A stretch of 64,000 bases of DNA from Minisyncoccota bacterium (GTDB lineage: Bacteria > Patescibacteriota > Minisyncoccia > UBA6257 > GWB1-50-10): assembly GCA_020059585.1 (NCBI GenBank), contig JAGVBU010000008.1, positions 22,163 through 86,162 of the forward strand, read 5' to 3'. The notes under the pieces are model-generated. The model searched no databases and was not told the DNA's origin. It saw only the letters and a program-made list of their open reading frames with translations. Position numbers and translations under genes: made by a program. Of this stretch, positions 1-10,697 are shown in pieces (the stretch's first letter is position 1; every line of letters begins with the position of its first letter).

Positions 1-112
1 ATGGTTATGTTGTCAAGGGATAGGTGTGGAGTTATCCACAAGGCATGGAGAAACAAGTTTCACCATCTCATAAGCACCCTCAACGCAAAAAAGTTTCTGA
101 TTTTATCTATTG

Positions 113-1594
113 TTATTTTACATCCTTCGGGGTATTCCAGAATCCAAGGCGGAATTTTCCGCCGATCATAAGACGCGTCTGCGCTTCAAGCGCCGGAACA
201 CTTCCAAAAACGATAAAAGTCACGGGCGTCAGGATCCATTGAAGGAAATAAAGTGCCGTATGTTTTTTTGTAAATCCCTTCATGTGGGGAGGGAGGAGAA
301 ACACGCTTAATACCGCCGACGTCACAATACCGATCGAAGCTATATTTACAAGCATTCCCGTGATGCGCGGAAGATTATAGGAAAATACCGTCGTGTGAAA
401 GAGATCGTCTCCGAGGATATTCGGGAGCCATCCAAAAAGAAATATAATAAACGAACTTGTGGCCCATGAATAAAATCCGTCAAAAATACGCCATATCCAA
501 AACCTCTTCACTTTCCCCGGAATATCTTTTCTTCGCCAGAACTCTTCCATAACATATGGAAAATTTTCAATCCCCCACGCCCATCGCCTTTGTTGTTTAT
601 AGAGATTCTTAAGCGCGTTCCAAAATCCCGTTCCGGTCACCGCGTCCATATAGATAGGGTAGAGAAGAGGTTCAACCTTCCAATCTCCCTTGTAATGAAG
701 CATACATTGGAAAAAAATTCGGGAATCTTCAGAAGTGACATCGGTATGCCAGTATCCTATTTCCGGAAGCGCGGCAAAAGGCATTGAATGCGAAGAAAAT
801 GTGACGAGTTGTTCGGGGCGTCCCTGCTGCATAAGCTGCCAAAACGTAGAGGTGAAACCGATAAGACGCGCAAACGGAGATACGCGATGCACATTATTCG
901 TAAAAAGAGGAATGGGCTGAAAACTCGAACGCTGCGGCTTTTCAACGGTAAGGAATTTATACGAAAGAATACCGAAATATTGATTTCCCGGGCGGGTGTC
1001 AATATCAAAGACGGATATCATTACGCGCTCATATGGAATGCGATTGGCATCTATCACTTTTTCCTTCACTTCTTTCGTCGCCCACGTCTCGTTTGATCCT
1101 TTTCCTTGTATTTCCCCCGGAAGATCCGCGGGATGAGTTGTTATGAGAAAATGCCCGAATCGGGATCCGAACTCATCCTGAATCCTTTGCGCGATTACCG
1201 CACTTGATTCTCCGCCTCGCGCTTCCGTCGCAAGAACCACGATCATTTTTTCAAGCGGATATGCCGTATTCGTCAGATCGATAAAACTCTCACGCACAAC
1301 CTCATATGGTTCCTTATACATAGGAAACATTACGATATGCCACAATTTTTCCCATTCTCCCGACTTCTCATTTTCTAGTTTCGCGCGCCAATCAATCGCG
1401 GTATTTTTCCGTAATTTCGAAAAAGAATGCTGGAGATAGAAGAAAAGGTAGATTGTCTTCAAGAGCCAGAAGAGATCAAAAAGAATTATAAAAAGGACGA
1501 CCCATATCGGAAATTTCCACGAAAAAAAGACGAGCCCAAGAAGGGTGATCCACGCACTTGCACCGGGTAATATTTCGAAAAATCTTCGCGCCAT
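113..1594 (-). CDS. Family-2 glycosyltransferase, processive (cellulose-synthase-like) membrane protein
   Basis: 493-aa ORF with N- and C-terminal TM helices; FDID (DxD-like) motif and QQRRW (QxxRW) motif typical of processive GT2 synthases. Confidence 0.55.
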   Translation of the reverse strand: MARRFFEILPGASAWITLLGLVFFSWKFPIWVVLFIILFDLFWLLKTIYLFFYLQHSFSKLRKNTAIDWRAKLENEKSGEWEKLWHIVMFPMYKEPYEVVRESFIDLTNTAYPLEKMIVVLATEARGGESSAVIAQRIQDEFGSRFGHFLITTHPADLPGEIQGKGSNETWATKEVKEKVIDANRIPYERVMISVFDIDTRPGNQYFGILSYKFLTVEKPQRSSFQPIPLFTNNVHRVSPFARLIGFTSTFWQLMQQGRPEQLVTFSSHSMPFAALPEIGYWHTDVTSEDSRIFFQCMLHYKGDWKVEPLLYPIYMDAVTGTGFWNALKNLYKQQRRWAWGIENFPYVMEEFWRRKDIPGKVKRFWIWRIFDGFYSWATSSFIIFLFGWLPNILGDDLFHTTVFSYNLPRITGMLVNIASIGIVTSAVLSVFLLPPHMKGFTKKHTALYFLQWILTPVTFIVFGSVPALEAQTRLMIGGKFRLGFWNTPKDVK

Positions 1595-1647
1595 AACTCG
1601 GCGTCAGTATACGAGCACTTTTGCCGTTCGTAAACCCTTTGCTGTCG

Positions 1648-2049
1648 TTAATATAATATTATGCTGAAAAATCCATCAAAATCCGCCGCACCACCGCCAA
1701 CCGCGGCGAGTACCATAAAAGCCGCCAAGAGTACTAGATCGAACTCATATTCTTTCATACTCTTCAATCTCTTTAATTTCACGAGAATCACTAAAAACTG
1801 AATTATAAAAAGAAGGGAAATCGCTTGAGTCAAAAACCCAATCAGGATAAAGACTCCCCCTACGGTCTCGAGAATCCCCGTGATACGCGCCCAGAATATC
1901 CCCGGACGAAATCCCATCTTTGAAAAAGATTCTCCCGTCATGGATGGATTTTTTAACTTAGGAATCCCGTGATAAATCATCACCGCGGCAAGTACGATTC
2001 GGAGGATAAAAAATGCCCAATCGCTGAATACAAAAAATGGTTGAATCAT
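1648..2049 (-). CDS. DoxX-family small membrane protein
   Basis: 133 aa with 3-4 hydrophobic helices; DoxX-like conserved segment RIVLAAVMIYHGIPKL. Confidence 0.45.
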   Translation of the reverse strand: MIQPFFVFSDWAFFILRIVLAAVMIYHGIPKLKNPSMTGESFSKMGFRPGIFWARITGILETVGGVFILIGFLTQAISLLFIIQFLVILVKLKRLKSMKEYEFDLVLLAAFMVLAAVGGGAADFDGFFSIILY

Positions 2050-2114
2050 AAAGATAGTATACAGTATTGAGCGTTGTACTTGATACCAAGTACCAAATGC
2101 TGAATACTTTCCCT

Positions 2115-3158
2115 ATGAGAATACTCTCTATAGAGACATCGTGCGATGACACCGCGCTTGCGCTTATAGACGCGTCGGGGGGCATCCGTTCTCCAAAATT
2201 TAAAATATTGGAAAGCATCATATCTTCACAGATAGACACCCATCGCCCATGGGGAGGCGTCGTTCCGAATCTCGCAAAAAGAGAGCATATTGCGAACCTC
2301 CCAAAGATTTTTAAAAAAATGAATACAGGAAAAAGGAATGTTGATGCGGTCTCCGTCACCGTTGGACCAGGATTGGAACCCGCACTTTGGGCCGGAATCT
2401 CGTTTGCAAAAGAAATATACGACGAGCTGAAGAAAAAAAATCCAAAATTGAAACTGATGGGAGTGAATCATCTTGAGGGGCACCTATACAGTTTTTTGCT
2501 TTCGCAAAAAACTGAATTTCCAAATTCCAAATTCCAATTTTCGAAACAAAAATTATTCCCAGCGGTCGCACTCATCGTTTCAGGAGGGCACACCATCCTC
2601 CTAAAAATGGATTCACTCACAAAATGGAAAAAACTCGGAGAGACGCGCGATGATGCGGTTGGAGAATCATTTGATAAGGTGGCAAAAATGCTCGGTTTTC
2701 CCTATCCCGGCGGACCGGAAATCCAGCGCGCGGCGGAAAAAGGAGATCCAAAAAGTATTTCGTTCCCCCGCCCCATGATAGGGACCAAAGATTACGACTT
2801 TAGTTATTCAGGACTTAAAACCTCAGTACTCTATTATCTTCGCGACCATATACGAGCAAAAAAAACTGACGTTGCGGCAAGTTTTCAGGAAGCCGCGCTT
2901 GACGTTCTTATAAGAAAAACAGAACGCGCCGCGCTTGAGTTTAATGCAAAAAGCATCTTTCTCTCCGGCGGTGTCGCGGCAAACAAAGAACTGCGAAAAA
3001 AGCTTGGTATTATAAGCAAGAAATTGGATATTAATTTCATTGCCCCTCCCCAAAATTTCAACACCGACAACGCGGTCATGATCGGGGTTGCGACGTATAT
3101 GGGAATACTCAAGAAAAAAAAGTACGCGCTCACCGCACACGGAAACTTAAACATATAA
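2115..3158 (+). CDS. tsaD: tRNA N6-adenosine threonylcarbamoyltransferase (Kae1/TsaD)
   Basis: Motifs ILSIETSCDDTA, GVNHLEGHL, VSGGHT, GGVAANKELR; start placed at internal ATG matching the conserved N-terminus (ORF-track start 2067 is the alternative). Confidence 0.8.
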   Translation: MRILSIETSCDDTALALIDASGGIRSPKFKILESIISSQIDTHRPWGGVVPNLAKREHIANLPKIFKKMNTGKRNVDAVSVTVGPGLEPALWAGISFAKEIYDELKKKNPKLKLMGVNHLEGHLYSFLLSQKTEFPNSKFQFSKQKLFPAVALIVSGGHTILLKMDSLTKWKKLGETRDDAVGESFDKVAKMLGFPYPGGPEIQRAAEKGDPKSISFPRPMIGTKDYDFSYSGLKTSVLYYLRDHIRAKKTDVAASFQEAALDVLIRKTERAALEFNAKSIFLSGGVAANKELRKKLGIISKKLDINFIAPPQNFNTDNAVMIGVATYMGILKKKKYALTAHGNLNI

Positions 3159-3242
3159 TTCAGGAATCAAACAAAGATTTGAAATTGAATTCATTAAAAG
3201 TACCCTTTATTTTCGATATAAATCAGGGGTATAATCGATGAT

Positions 3243-5435
3243 ATGGAATCAATTTCAGGCGCATACGATCCTAAAAACATCGAGGGTGTGCTCTATAAAA
3301 AATGGGAAGTGTCGGGCTATTTTAATCCCGACAATCTCTCCGAGAATGAAGGTGAAAATTATATCGCCTATATGCCTCTTCCGAATGTAACGGGAACGCT
3401 CCATATGGGACACGCGCTGAATAACACGCTTCAGGACATCCTTATTCGCTTCTATCGTATGCGCGGAAAAAAAACGCTCTGGTTTCCAGGTACTGATCAC
3501 GCGGGAATTGCCACGCAATTTGTCGTTGAAAAACAGCTCAAAAAAGAGGGTACGAGCCGATTCGCGCTTGGACGGGAAAAATTTATAGAGAAAGTGTGGG
3601 AATGGAAAAATCAGTATGGAAATATTATCTATGACCAACTGAAAAAGCTCGGGGTTTCGTGCGATTGGTCGCGGGTACGGTTCACTATGGACGACACGTA
3701 CGCGAAAGACGTGCAGAACGCATTCATTCATTATCATGAAAAAGGTTTTCTCTACAGAGGATATCGAACCGTGAATTGGTGTCCGCGGTGCGCGACAAGC
3801 CTTTCTGAACTTGAACTTGAGTATAAGGAGGAAGAATCAAAACTTTACTTTATAAAATACGGACCCTTTACGCTTGCTACTACTCGTCCTGAAACAAAAT
3901 TCGGAGATACGGGACTCGCGGTGAATCCGCGGGATGCGCGCTATAAGGAATACGTCGGAAAGGAACTTGAGATTGAATCTCTTTCTATTGAAGGGTCTCT
4001 CGACGAACCCTCAAAGAAGAAGAATATAATTATCGTCGTCGCGGATGATGCCGTTGACGTCGAATTCGGCACCGGCATAGTGAAGGTTACTCCCGCACAC
4101 GATCTTGTTGATTTTGAAATCGGATCTCGTCACAACCTTCCTCTCGTGGAAGTGATTAATGAACGGGGAGAAATGAATTCGCGGGCGGGAAAATACGCAG
4201 GAATGAAGACTGGCGATGCAAGAAGGAAGATAGTCGAAGATTTGAAGACAACGGGACTCCTTGAAAAGGAAGAGGCGTACACGCACAACGTCGCCGTGTG
4301 TTATCGGTGCGGACACGTCATTGAACCGATTCCTTCAAGGCAATGGTTCTTGAAAATGGAGGCGCTCGCGGACACCGCGCTTGATGCCGTAAAAAATGGG
4401 AAGGTAAAAATTCATCCTGAAAATTTCGAAAAGCCGTATACCGTATGGCTTGAGCATATAAAAGACTGGACGGTCTCGCGGCAAATCTGGTGGGGACACC
4501 AACTTCCTGTTTATTTTTGCAAAAATAAACAGGAAGCAAGTTCTAATTCTCAATTTCCAATTTCCAATGGAGAGCAGGAAGAAAAATACGTGGTTTCGAT
4601 GAAGAAACCCGAGAAGTGTCCGTTTTGTGAAACATGTGAAATGGAGCAATCACCCGACGTGCTTGACACGTGGTTCTCATCCGCGCTCTGGCCCTTTGCG
4701 GGACTTTCCGAATCGGATAGAAAAAAATATTATCCAGGAACAACGCTCATCACCGCGCGCGATATTTTGAATCTCTGGGTTGCACGGATGATTTATTCGG
4801 GAATCGAATTTCAAAACGAGATTCCTTTCAAAGACGTATTAATCCACGGCACTATTCTCACGAAAGACGGAAAACGAATGTCAAAAAGTCTCGGTACGGG
4901 TATAGATCCCTTAAAGTATATCGAGGCGTATGGCGCGGACGCGACTCGATTCGGAATTGTCTGGCAAGCAAACGGACAGGATATTCGATGGGACGAGACG
5001 GCAATTACCGCGGGAAAAAAGTTTTTAAACAAGTTATGGAACGCGTCGCGGTTTGTGCAAACACAAACAGAAAAAGACGACTCTCGATCGCTTAAAATAC
5101 CCGAAGCAAAAACTGATGCCGATAGAAACATACTGGCGGCGCTTGCTAAAATTACAAAAGACACGGAGACAAATCTCCGCATGTTTGAATTCAGCAAGTC
5201 AATCCGCGATCTTTATGAGTTCTTCTGGCACGACTTCTGCGATACGTATCTTGAGATATCAAAAAAGCAGCTTTCAGAATTATCCACCAAAGAAAATACT
5301 GAACACATACTCCTTTTCACACTTCGCGAAACATTGAAACTTTTTCATCCTTTCGTCCCGTTTATCACCGAAGAAATATATGGACGATTTTCATTTGACC
5401 AAAAAAAGGAATTCCTTATGGTAGAACGCGCATAG
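3243..5435 (+). CDS. valS: Valine--tRNA ligase (short form without C-terminal coiled coil)
   Basis: Class I aaRS motifs PNVTGTLHMGHA, GTDHAGIATQ (ValRS-type) and KMSKS-like RMSKSLGTG; 730 aa. Confidence 0.7.
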   Translation: MESISGAYDPKNIEGVLYKKWEVSGYFNPDNLSENEGENYIAYMPLPNVTGTLHMGHALNNTLQDILIRFYRMRGKKTLWFPGTDHAGIATQFVVEKQLKKEGTSRFALGREKFIEKVWEWKNQYGNIIYDQLKKLGVSCDWSRVRFTMDDTYAKDVQNAFIHYHEKGFLYRGYRTVNWCPRCATSLSELELEYKEEESKLYFIKYGPFTLATTRPETKFGDTGLAVNPRDARYKEYVGKELEIESLSIEGSLDEPSKKKNIIIVVADDAVDVEFGTGIVKVTPAHDLVDFEIGSRHNLPLVEVINERGEMNSRAGKYAGMKTGDARRKIVEDLKTTGLLEKEEAYTHNVAVCYRCGHVIEPIPSRQWFLKMEALADTALDAVKNGKVKIHPENFEKPYTVWLEHIKDWTVSRQIWWGHQLPVYFCKNKQEASSNSQFPISNGEQEEKYVVSMKKPEKCPFCETCEMEQSPDVLDTWFSSALWPFAGLSESDRKKYYPGTTLITARDILNLWVARMIYSGIEFQNEIPFKDVLIHGTILTKDGKRMSKSLGTGIDPLKYIEAYGADATRFGIVWQANGQDIRWDETAITAGKKFLNKLWNASRFVQTQTEKDDSRSLKIPEAKTDADRNILAALAKITKDTETNLRMFEFSKSIRDLYEFFWHDFCDTYLEISKKQLSELSTKENTEHILLFTLRETLKLFHPFVPFITEEIYGRFSFDQKKEFLMVERA

Positions 5436-5459
5436 GAGCTCCTGTATAATAGGAAGTGC

Positions 5460-6170
5460 ATGAATATTCTCTCTCTCGTTCTCGCAATTGTTGCCGCGTG
5501 CATTCCAGGAATCATATGGTTCGCTTTTTTTTCGAAGAAAGACACGAACCCCGAACCGAAACGGCTCATTGTTTATACATTCAGCGCGGGGGTTTTCATC
5601 AGCATCTTCGTACTCATCGTCCAATATTTCTTCCAATCATTCATTCCCATACCCGCGCAATGGGTTCTTCTATCAATAATAGGACTCGCGTTCATAGAAG
5701 AGTTTTTTAAATTCCTTGCAGCATATTGGGCGGTACGGAAAGATCGCGCATTCGACGAACTCGTTGACGCGATGATTTATATGATCGCCGCGGCGCTTGG
5801 CTTTGCAACCGTCGAGAATATTTTTGTCATAGCGAATTCTCTTTGGAGCATTACCGCATCTCCCATAGAAACCGTCCTTGAAACGACTGCTCTTCGCCTC
5901 ATTGGCGCGACACTCCTTCACACTCTTTCTTCCGCAATCATAGGATATTATTGGGCAAAAGGAATCCTTCGAAGAAAAGAAAAAAGATTTGCCACATGGG
6001 GAATCCTTATCGGCACCGCGGTACACGTTGCGTTCAATTACCTTATACTCACCTTTCAAAATAAAAATCTCCTTATATACCCAAGTCTATTTCTTGTGGT
6101 CATCGCGTTCTTTGTGCTTATAGAATTTGACCGATTAAAAGAATTCCGCGCGCGAGCGGGAGAAAAATAA
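5460..6170 (+). CDS. PrsW-family intramembrane protease-like protein
   Basis: Polytopic membrane protein with EExxK motif (FIEEFFKFLAAY), conserved Glu (ATVENIF) and His (HTLSSAIIGYYWA) in the PrsW arrangement. Confidence 0.5.
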   Translation: MNILSLVLAIVAACIPGIIWFAFFSKKDTNPEPKRLIVYTFSAGVFISIFVLIVQYFFQSFIPIPAQWVLLSIIGLAFIEEFFKFLAAYWAVRKDRAFDELVDAMIYMIAAALGFATVENIFVIANSLWSITASPIETVLETTALRLIGATLLHTLSSAIIGYYWAKGILRRKEKRFATWGILIGTAVHVAFNYLILTFQNKNLLIYPSLFLVVIAFFVLIEFDRLKEFRARAGEK

Positions 6171-6193
6171 CGCATATGCTATACTGAACACAT

Positions 6194-6649
6194 ATGGATG
6201 ATTCTAAAAAAGATTCCCGCAATATTTTTATGGAACTGGCAAAGGTGCGAACCCAACCAACCCCCATTAGCGTTGATTCCGAGGAAATTTCAAGCGCGCT
6301 TGATATTGATGACGAAATGGAGGGGCAGCTTACTGTGGATGTGTATCAAGATAAAGATAACATCGTTGTACAATCTACCGTTGCCGGCGTTGAACCGGAT
6401 GATCTCGAAATTAACATTACGAACGAATCAATCACTATACACGGACGCCGTGAGAGAAAAGAAACAATCGAAGAAAAAGATTACTTTTATCAGGAGTGTT
6501 TCTGGGGACGTTTTTCAAGATCTATTATTCTTCCCGCGGAGGTGGATTCAGAACGGTCCGTCGCATCGCTAAAAAACGGAGTTCTTACGGTAAAAATGCC
6601 GAAACTCGAACGACGAAAAGCAAAAAAACTCAAGGTAAAAATAGACTAA
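6194..6649 (+). CDS. Hsp20 / alpha-crystallin small heat-shock protein
   Basis: Alpha-crystallin domain pattern (LTVDVYQDKDNIVV ... GVLTVKMPK). Confidence 0.8.
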   Translation: MDDSKKDSRNIFMELAKVRTQPTPISVDSEEISSALDIDDEMEGQLTVDVYQDKDNIVVQSTVAGVEPDDLEINITNESITIHGRRERKETIEEKDYFYQECFWGRFSRSIILPAEVDSERSVASLKNGVLTVKMPKLERRKAKKLKVKID

Positions 6650-6682
6650 AAAACCTCCGCGTAACGCGGAGGTTTTTTTATT
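6648..6682. terminator. Bidirectional rho-independent terminator between convergent hsp20 and murD
   Basis: A-tract, 8-bp GC-rich stem CCTCCGCG/CGCGGAGG with 3-nt loop, then TTTTTTT. Confidence 0.6.
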
Positions 6683-8117
6683 TTTCCCCGAATATTTTTT
6701 GTACAAGCGCGTTGAATTTCTCGCCACGATCGAATTCATTTTTAAATTTCTCGAAACTCGCCGCTCCGGGACTGAATACTACTGTTGAGAAAAAATCTCG
6801 TCGCATCATTCTTTTTTCCACCGCGCGCATCACTCCACGCAAATCACTGAATATCGCGGGGCGATTTTTTTCGAAGTATCTCATCTTATTGAGTGCGTGG
6901 ATCATTTTTTTTGTCGCGCTTCCTCCAAGAAAGAATAGATTTTCGGGAGGAACATTTTTCTTCACGTGCTTTGCCCATTCTTTATATTCAAGATTCTTGT
7001 CGGTTCCGCCTGTAATAAAGATTGTCTGAAAACTTCCAAAACGATTAATCGCGGCAATCGCTCCTTCGGGAGAGGTTGCCGTCGTATCGTTTACTACCGT
7101 GATACCATTTTTTTTAAAAACAATTTCTTGGCGATATTGTATTGCGGGAAGATTTTCCGCGCGAGTCGCAATGTCTTTCCACGTAATTCCCGCGTGATAA
7201 GCGGCAAGTGCCGCGCAAAGAAAATTATACATATTATGATCTCCTCGCCTATGTATCATATCGACAATACTCGGCGAAAAAACCATTTTCTTTTTTCCAC
7301 GTTCAAAAAAGAATACTCCTCGTGAACTTACAGAAAGTCCATTACGCATATTTTGTCCTTCCTTCGAAATAAAGTATATTCGGCTTTTCGGCTTTGTCTT
7401 GAGAAAATACGTGGTCCATGCGTTATCCTTATTTAAAATCAGTATCTGCCTTGAGGTCTGATACTTGAATATATTTGCCTTCGCGCGCGCATATTCGCGC
7501 ATTGAACCGTGACGATTTAGGTGATCTCGAAAAAGATTCGTAATAATCGCAATATCAGGAGTTCTTTTTGTGTTTTCAGCACATTCAAGTTGAAAAGAGG
7601 AAAGTTCAAGGATCGCGGGGATTTTTTTCTTTTTTTCGATACGCGGAAGAAGTTCTAGAAGCGCGTCGCGTGATGAATTTCCGCTCGCTTTCACTCCTGT
7701 ATATTTTCCAGAGAGAAAATGCGCGATCCAATTTGTTGTAGTCGTCTTTCCACGTGTTCCCGTAACCGCAATGACTGGATTTTTCACTTCATTCAAGAAA
7801 ATACCAAGATCATTAATAATTGGAATTCCTTTTTTCTTCGCGCGCGCGAGGAACGCGTTCCCGCGAATACGGACCGCGGGATTCACCACGACGCCATCGT
7901 GTGAAACGAAATCTTCTTTTTCATGTCTCCCGAACACGAAACGTATCTTCCTCCCCCTCAACCCGATTGCTTTGACGGAATCTTTTAAAAGCTCTCTCGT
8001 CCGAAGGTCAGTCACGGTAACCTGCGCGCCGCGCGCGAGAAGCCATCGCACGGTCGCGATCCCACCGCCAAGCGTGCCTAATCCCACCACGAGAATTTTT
8101 TTATTCTTGAAATTCAT
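6678..8117 (-). CDS. murD: UDP-N-acetylmuramoylalanine--D-glutamate ligase
   Basis: N-terminal Rossmann VVGLGTLGGG and Mur-ligase P-loop VTGTRGKTTTT; 479 aa. Confidence 0.75.
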   Translation of the reverse strand: MNFKNKKILVVGLGTLGGGIATVRWLLARGAQVTVTDLRTRELLKDSVKAIGLRGRKIRFVFGRHEKEDFVSHDGVVVNPAVRIRGNAFLARAKKKGIPIINDLGIFLNEVKNPVIAVTGTRGKTTTTNWIAHFLSGKYTGVKASGNSSRDALLELLPRIEKKKKIPAILELSSFQLECAENTKRTPDIAIITNLFRDHLNRHGSMREYARAKANIFKYQTSRQILILNKDNAWTTYFLKTKPKSRIYFISKEGQNMRNGLSVSSRGVFFFERGKKKMVFSPSIVDMIHRRGDHNMYNFLCAALAAYHAGITWKDIATRAENLPAIQYRQEIVFKKNGITVVNDTTATSPEGAIAAINRFGSFQTIFITGGTDKNLEYKEWAKHVKKNVPPENLFFLGGSATKKMIHALNKMRYFEKNRPAIFSDLRGVMRAVEKRMMRRDFFSTVVFSPGAASFEKFKNEFDRGEKFNALVQKIFGEK

Positions 8118-8128
8118 CTCCTGAAAGG

Positions 8129-8608
8129 TTACCAGATCTTCTTTATGAGAAGTTTTTTTTCTTTCTGCCCTATCTTAAATGATGTTTTCTCTCCTTCCTT
8201 TTTCCCAAGGAGCGCTTTGCCGATAGGCGTATCGGGAGTGATGCTCATATACGAATCGAGCGTCTCATCGTCCCACGCTTCGATGCCCGAACCCCCAGGG
8301 AGCACGATATATCTCTTTTCAATTCCCGAATCTTCGACAAGTACGCACGCTCCTAAATTTATATCGGAAGCCCTTTCGGGAAGTGCTACATTCTTTATTG
8401 CCTCAGATTGAATTTTTTTCTGCTGTATCATTGTCCCGATGTTTCCCTCTGATACCTTATTTTGAAATTTCGAGGTATCGCTATGGGATTGCATTGCTCC
8501 AGGAGCCTCAACACTTGCTTCGTGCGCCGAAGACGCGCTTTCCTCAAGTTCCACAATTTCTTTTTCTAATTTTTCCAATATTTTTCTTATAAGATTTTCT
8601 TTATTCAT
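8129..8608 (-). CDS. greA: Transcription elongation factor GreA
   Basis: N-terminal coiled coil plus C-terminal FKBP-like domain (RYIVLPGGSGIEAWDDETLDSYMSITPDTPIGKALLGKKEGE). Confidence 0.8.
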   Translation of the reverse strand: MNKENLIRKILEKLEKEIVELEESASSAHEASVEAPGAMQSHSDTSKFQNKVSEGNIGTMIQQKKIQSEAIKNVALPERASDINLGACVLVEDSGIEKRYIVLPGGSGIEAWDDETLDSYMSITPDTPIGKALLGKKEGEKTSFKIGQKEKKLLIKKIW

Positions 8609-8660
8609 ACATCACAAAGATACCATATCCGTCAAAAAAAACATCCGCGCGCTCCATATT

Positions 8661-8688
8661 AAAACCCGGCCCATAAGGCCGGGTTTTC
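8661..8688. terminator. Rho-independent terminator downstream of the H+-PPase gene (minus strand)
   Basis: Stem CCCGGCC/GGCCGGG with 5-nt loop flanked by A/T tracts. Confidence 0.55.
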
Positions 8689-8702
8689 GGAAAAAATCAA
8701 TT

Positions 8703-10664
8703 CTAGAACATGAACGGAGCAATAAGAAGCGCGATAATAGACATGAGTTTTATCAGAATATTAAGAGAAGGTCCTGCGGTATCCTTAAATGGATCTCCGA
8801 CAGTATCTCCCACCACTGCCGCTTTATGCGCCGCACTCCCTTTTCCCCCAAGATTTCCTGCTTCAATATATTTCTTCGCGTTATCCCATGATCCGCCCGA
8901 ATTTGCCATAAGCACCGCGAGCATGAATCCGCTTGCTACCGCACCGAGGAGAAATCCTCCAAGCGCCTCCTTCCCCAAAAGGAATCCCACAACAACAGGT
9001 GCAAGTATTGCGATAATTCCCGGCGCGATCATTTCTCTCAATGCGGCCTTCGTGCTGATTGCGACACACTGCGCATAGTCGGGTTTTGCGTTTCCTTCTG
9101 CAAGACCAGGAATTTCTTTCCATTGTCTCCGAACCTCACTCACAATACCAAAGGCCGCGCGCCCAACCGCGCTCATCGAAAAAGAAGAAAAGAGAAAAGG
9201 AAGGAATCCTCCAATAAGCACGCCGACAAGCACATTAATGTCGATCATATTGATCACCTCAAGTTCCGCAATATGCGCATAACTCACTCCAAGCACAACC
9301 GCGGTGAGCGCCGCCGATCCTATTGCGAATCCCTTTCCTATCGCCGCGGTAGTATTCCCCACTGAATCAAGTTCTTCGGCACGGCGGCGCGTTTCTTCCC
9401 CAAGATGCGCCATTTCCGCAATCCCCGCGGCATTATCTGCAACCGGACCATATGTATCAGCGGCAAGCGTAATACCAAGCGTTGAAAGCATTCCAACGGC
9501 CGCCATCGCAACTCCATATACACCGCTCATTTTGTAAGAGATTAATATCGTTGCGGCAATAATAAGTACCGGTATTCCGATACTCATCATTCCAAGCCCC
9601 AATCCCTCGATGATGTTCGTTCCCGCACCCGTTTCTGCCGCCGCGGAAACTTTCTTTGTCGGAGAAAAACGGGCCGATGTGTAGTATTCGGTCACTACAC
9701 CGATAATAATCCCTGCGATAAGTCCCGATGCGATCGCGTAAAACACATACACATTATTCAGAAGATATACCGCACCGAAAAAGGATGCGATAAGCGAAAG
9801 TACCGCAGCAGACCATATTCCAAAGTTCAGCACAAAATGTGGTTTTGCGTTTTTAAGAAACGAAGCGAATATACTCCCAAGAATGCTCGCGAGAATACCG
9901 AATGCCGCGATAACAAGCGGAAATACAACCGCATATCCGCCAAGCGCGACACTTGCGGTTCCTAAAACCATCGCCACAATAATCGAATCAACATAACTCT
10001 CAAAAAGATCCGCGCCCATTCCCGCGACATCACCGACGTTGTCTCCAACATTATCCGCGATAACCGCAGGATTTCTCGGATCGTCTTCAGGAATGCCTGC
10101 CTCAACTTTTCCCACAAGATCCGCGCCCACGTCAGCGGCCTTCGTGTAGATACCTCCCCCGACGCGCGCAAAGAGCGCGATAAGTGACGCTCCAAATCCA
10201 AATCCATAAATGATTTCAGGATCACCGTACATAATATACAAAATGCTCACGCCGAGAAGCCCTAAGCTCACCACAGAAAGTCCCATAACCGTCCCCGACG
10301 AGAACGCAATCCTCAATCCCTTCGAAATATTTTCTTTCACCGCCCATGCTGTTCTTCCATTCGCTGCGGTCGCAATTCTCATTCCGATATTTCCCGATAT
10401 TGCCGAAAAAAGCGATCCCGCAACAAACGCGATCGCGATTCGCGAATCAAGAAGGAACGCGAGAAGCGCCGCTACCACAACCGCGAATATCACGATCACC
10501 TGATATTCTTTCTTAAGAAACGCAATAGCGCCTTCACGGATATATGAGGATATCATCCGTACTTCTTCAGACCCCTCATCCGCTTTTTTTACTTTCCATG
10601 CGAGAACCGCACTAAAAAGCAATCCGAGAACGGATATGCCTATAACAAAAAATTCATTCCACAT
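8703..10664 (-). CDS. hppA: Membrane-bound proton/sodium-translocating pyrophosphatase
   Basis: 653-aa polytopic protein with characteristic [23 protein letters not shown] and [18 protein letters not shown] motifs. Confidence 0.85.
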   Translation of the reverse strand: MWNEFFVIGISVLGLLFSAVLAWKVKKADEGSEEVRMISSYIREGAIAFLKKEYQVIVIFAVVVAALLAFLLDSRIAIAFVAGSLFSAISGNIGMRIATAANGRTAWAVKENISKGLRIAFSSGTVMGLSVVSLGLLGVSILYIMYGDPEIIYGFGFGASLIALFARVGGGIYTKAADVGADLVGKVEAGIPEDDPRNPAVIADNVGDNVGDVAGMGADLFESYVDSIIVAMVLGTASVALGGYAVVFPLVIAAFGILASILGSIFASFLKNAKPHFVLNFGIWSAAVLSLIASFFGAVYLLNNVYVFYAIASGLIAGIIIGVVTEYYTSARFSPTKKVSAAAETGAGTNIIEGLGLGMMSIGIPVLIIAATILISYKMSGVYGVAMAAVGMLSTLGITLAADTYGPVADNAAGIAEMAHLGEETRRRAEELDSVGNTTAAIGKGFAIGSAALTAVVLGVSYAHIAELEVINMIDINVLVGVLIGGFLPFLFSSFSMSAVGRAAFGIVSEVRRQWKEIPGLAEGNAKPDYAQCVAISTKAALREMIAPGIIAILAPVVVGFLLGKEALGGFLLGAVASGFMLAVLMANSGGSWDNAKKYIEAGNLGGKGSAAHKAAVVGDTVGDPFKDTAGPSLNILIKLMSIIALLIAPFMF

Positions 10665-10697
10665 AATTATTGTGTCTTTATATACTACGACTTTGTT

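Noticed and set aside
9123-9365. Numerous antisense or out-of-frame ORFs in the six-frame track (e.g. 9123..9365, 29887..30495, 43728..44042, 52834..53223, 53224..53442)
   Set aside because: Each is fully embedded in a longer, well-supported gene on the other strand or frame. They are shadow ORFs of GC-skewed or low-complexity coding sequence.
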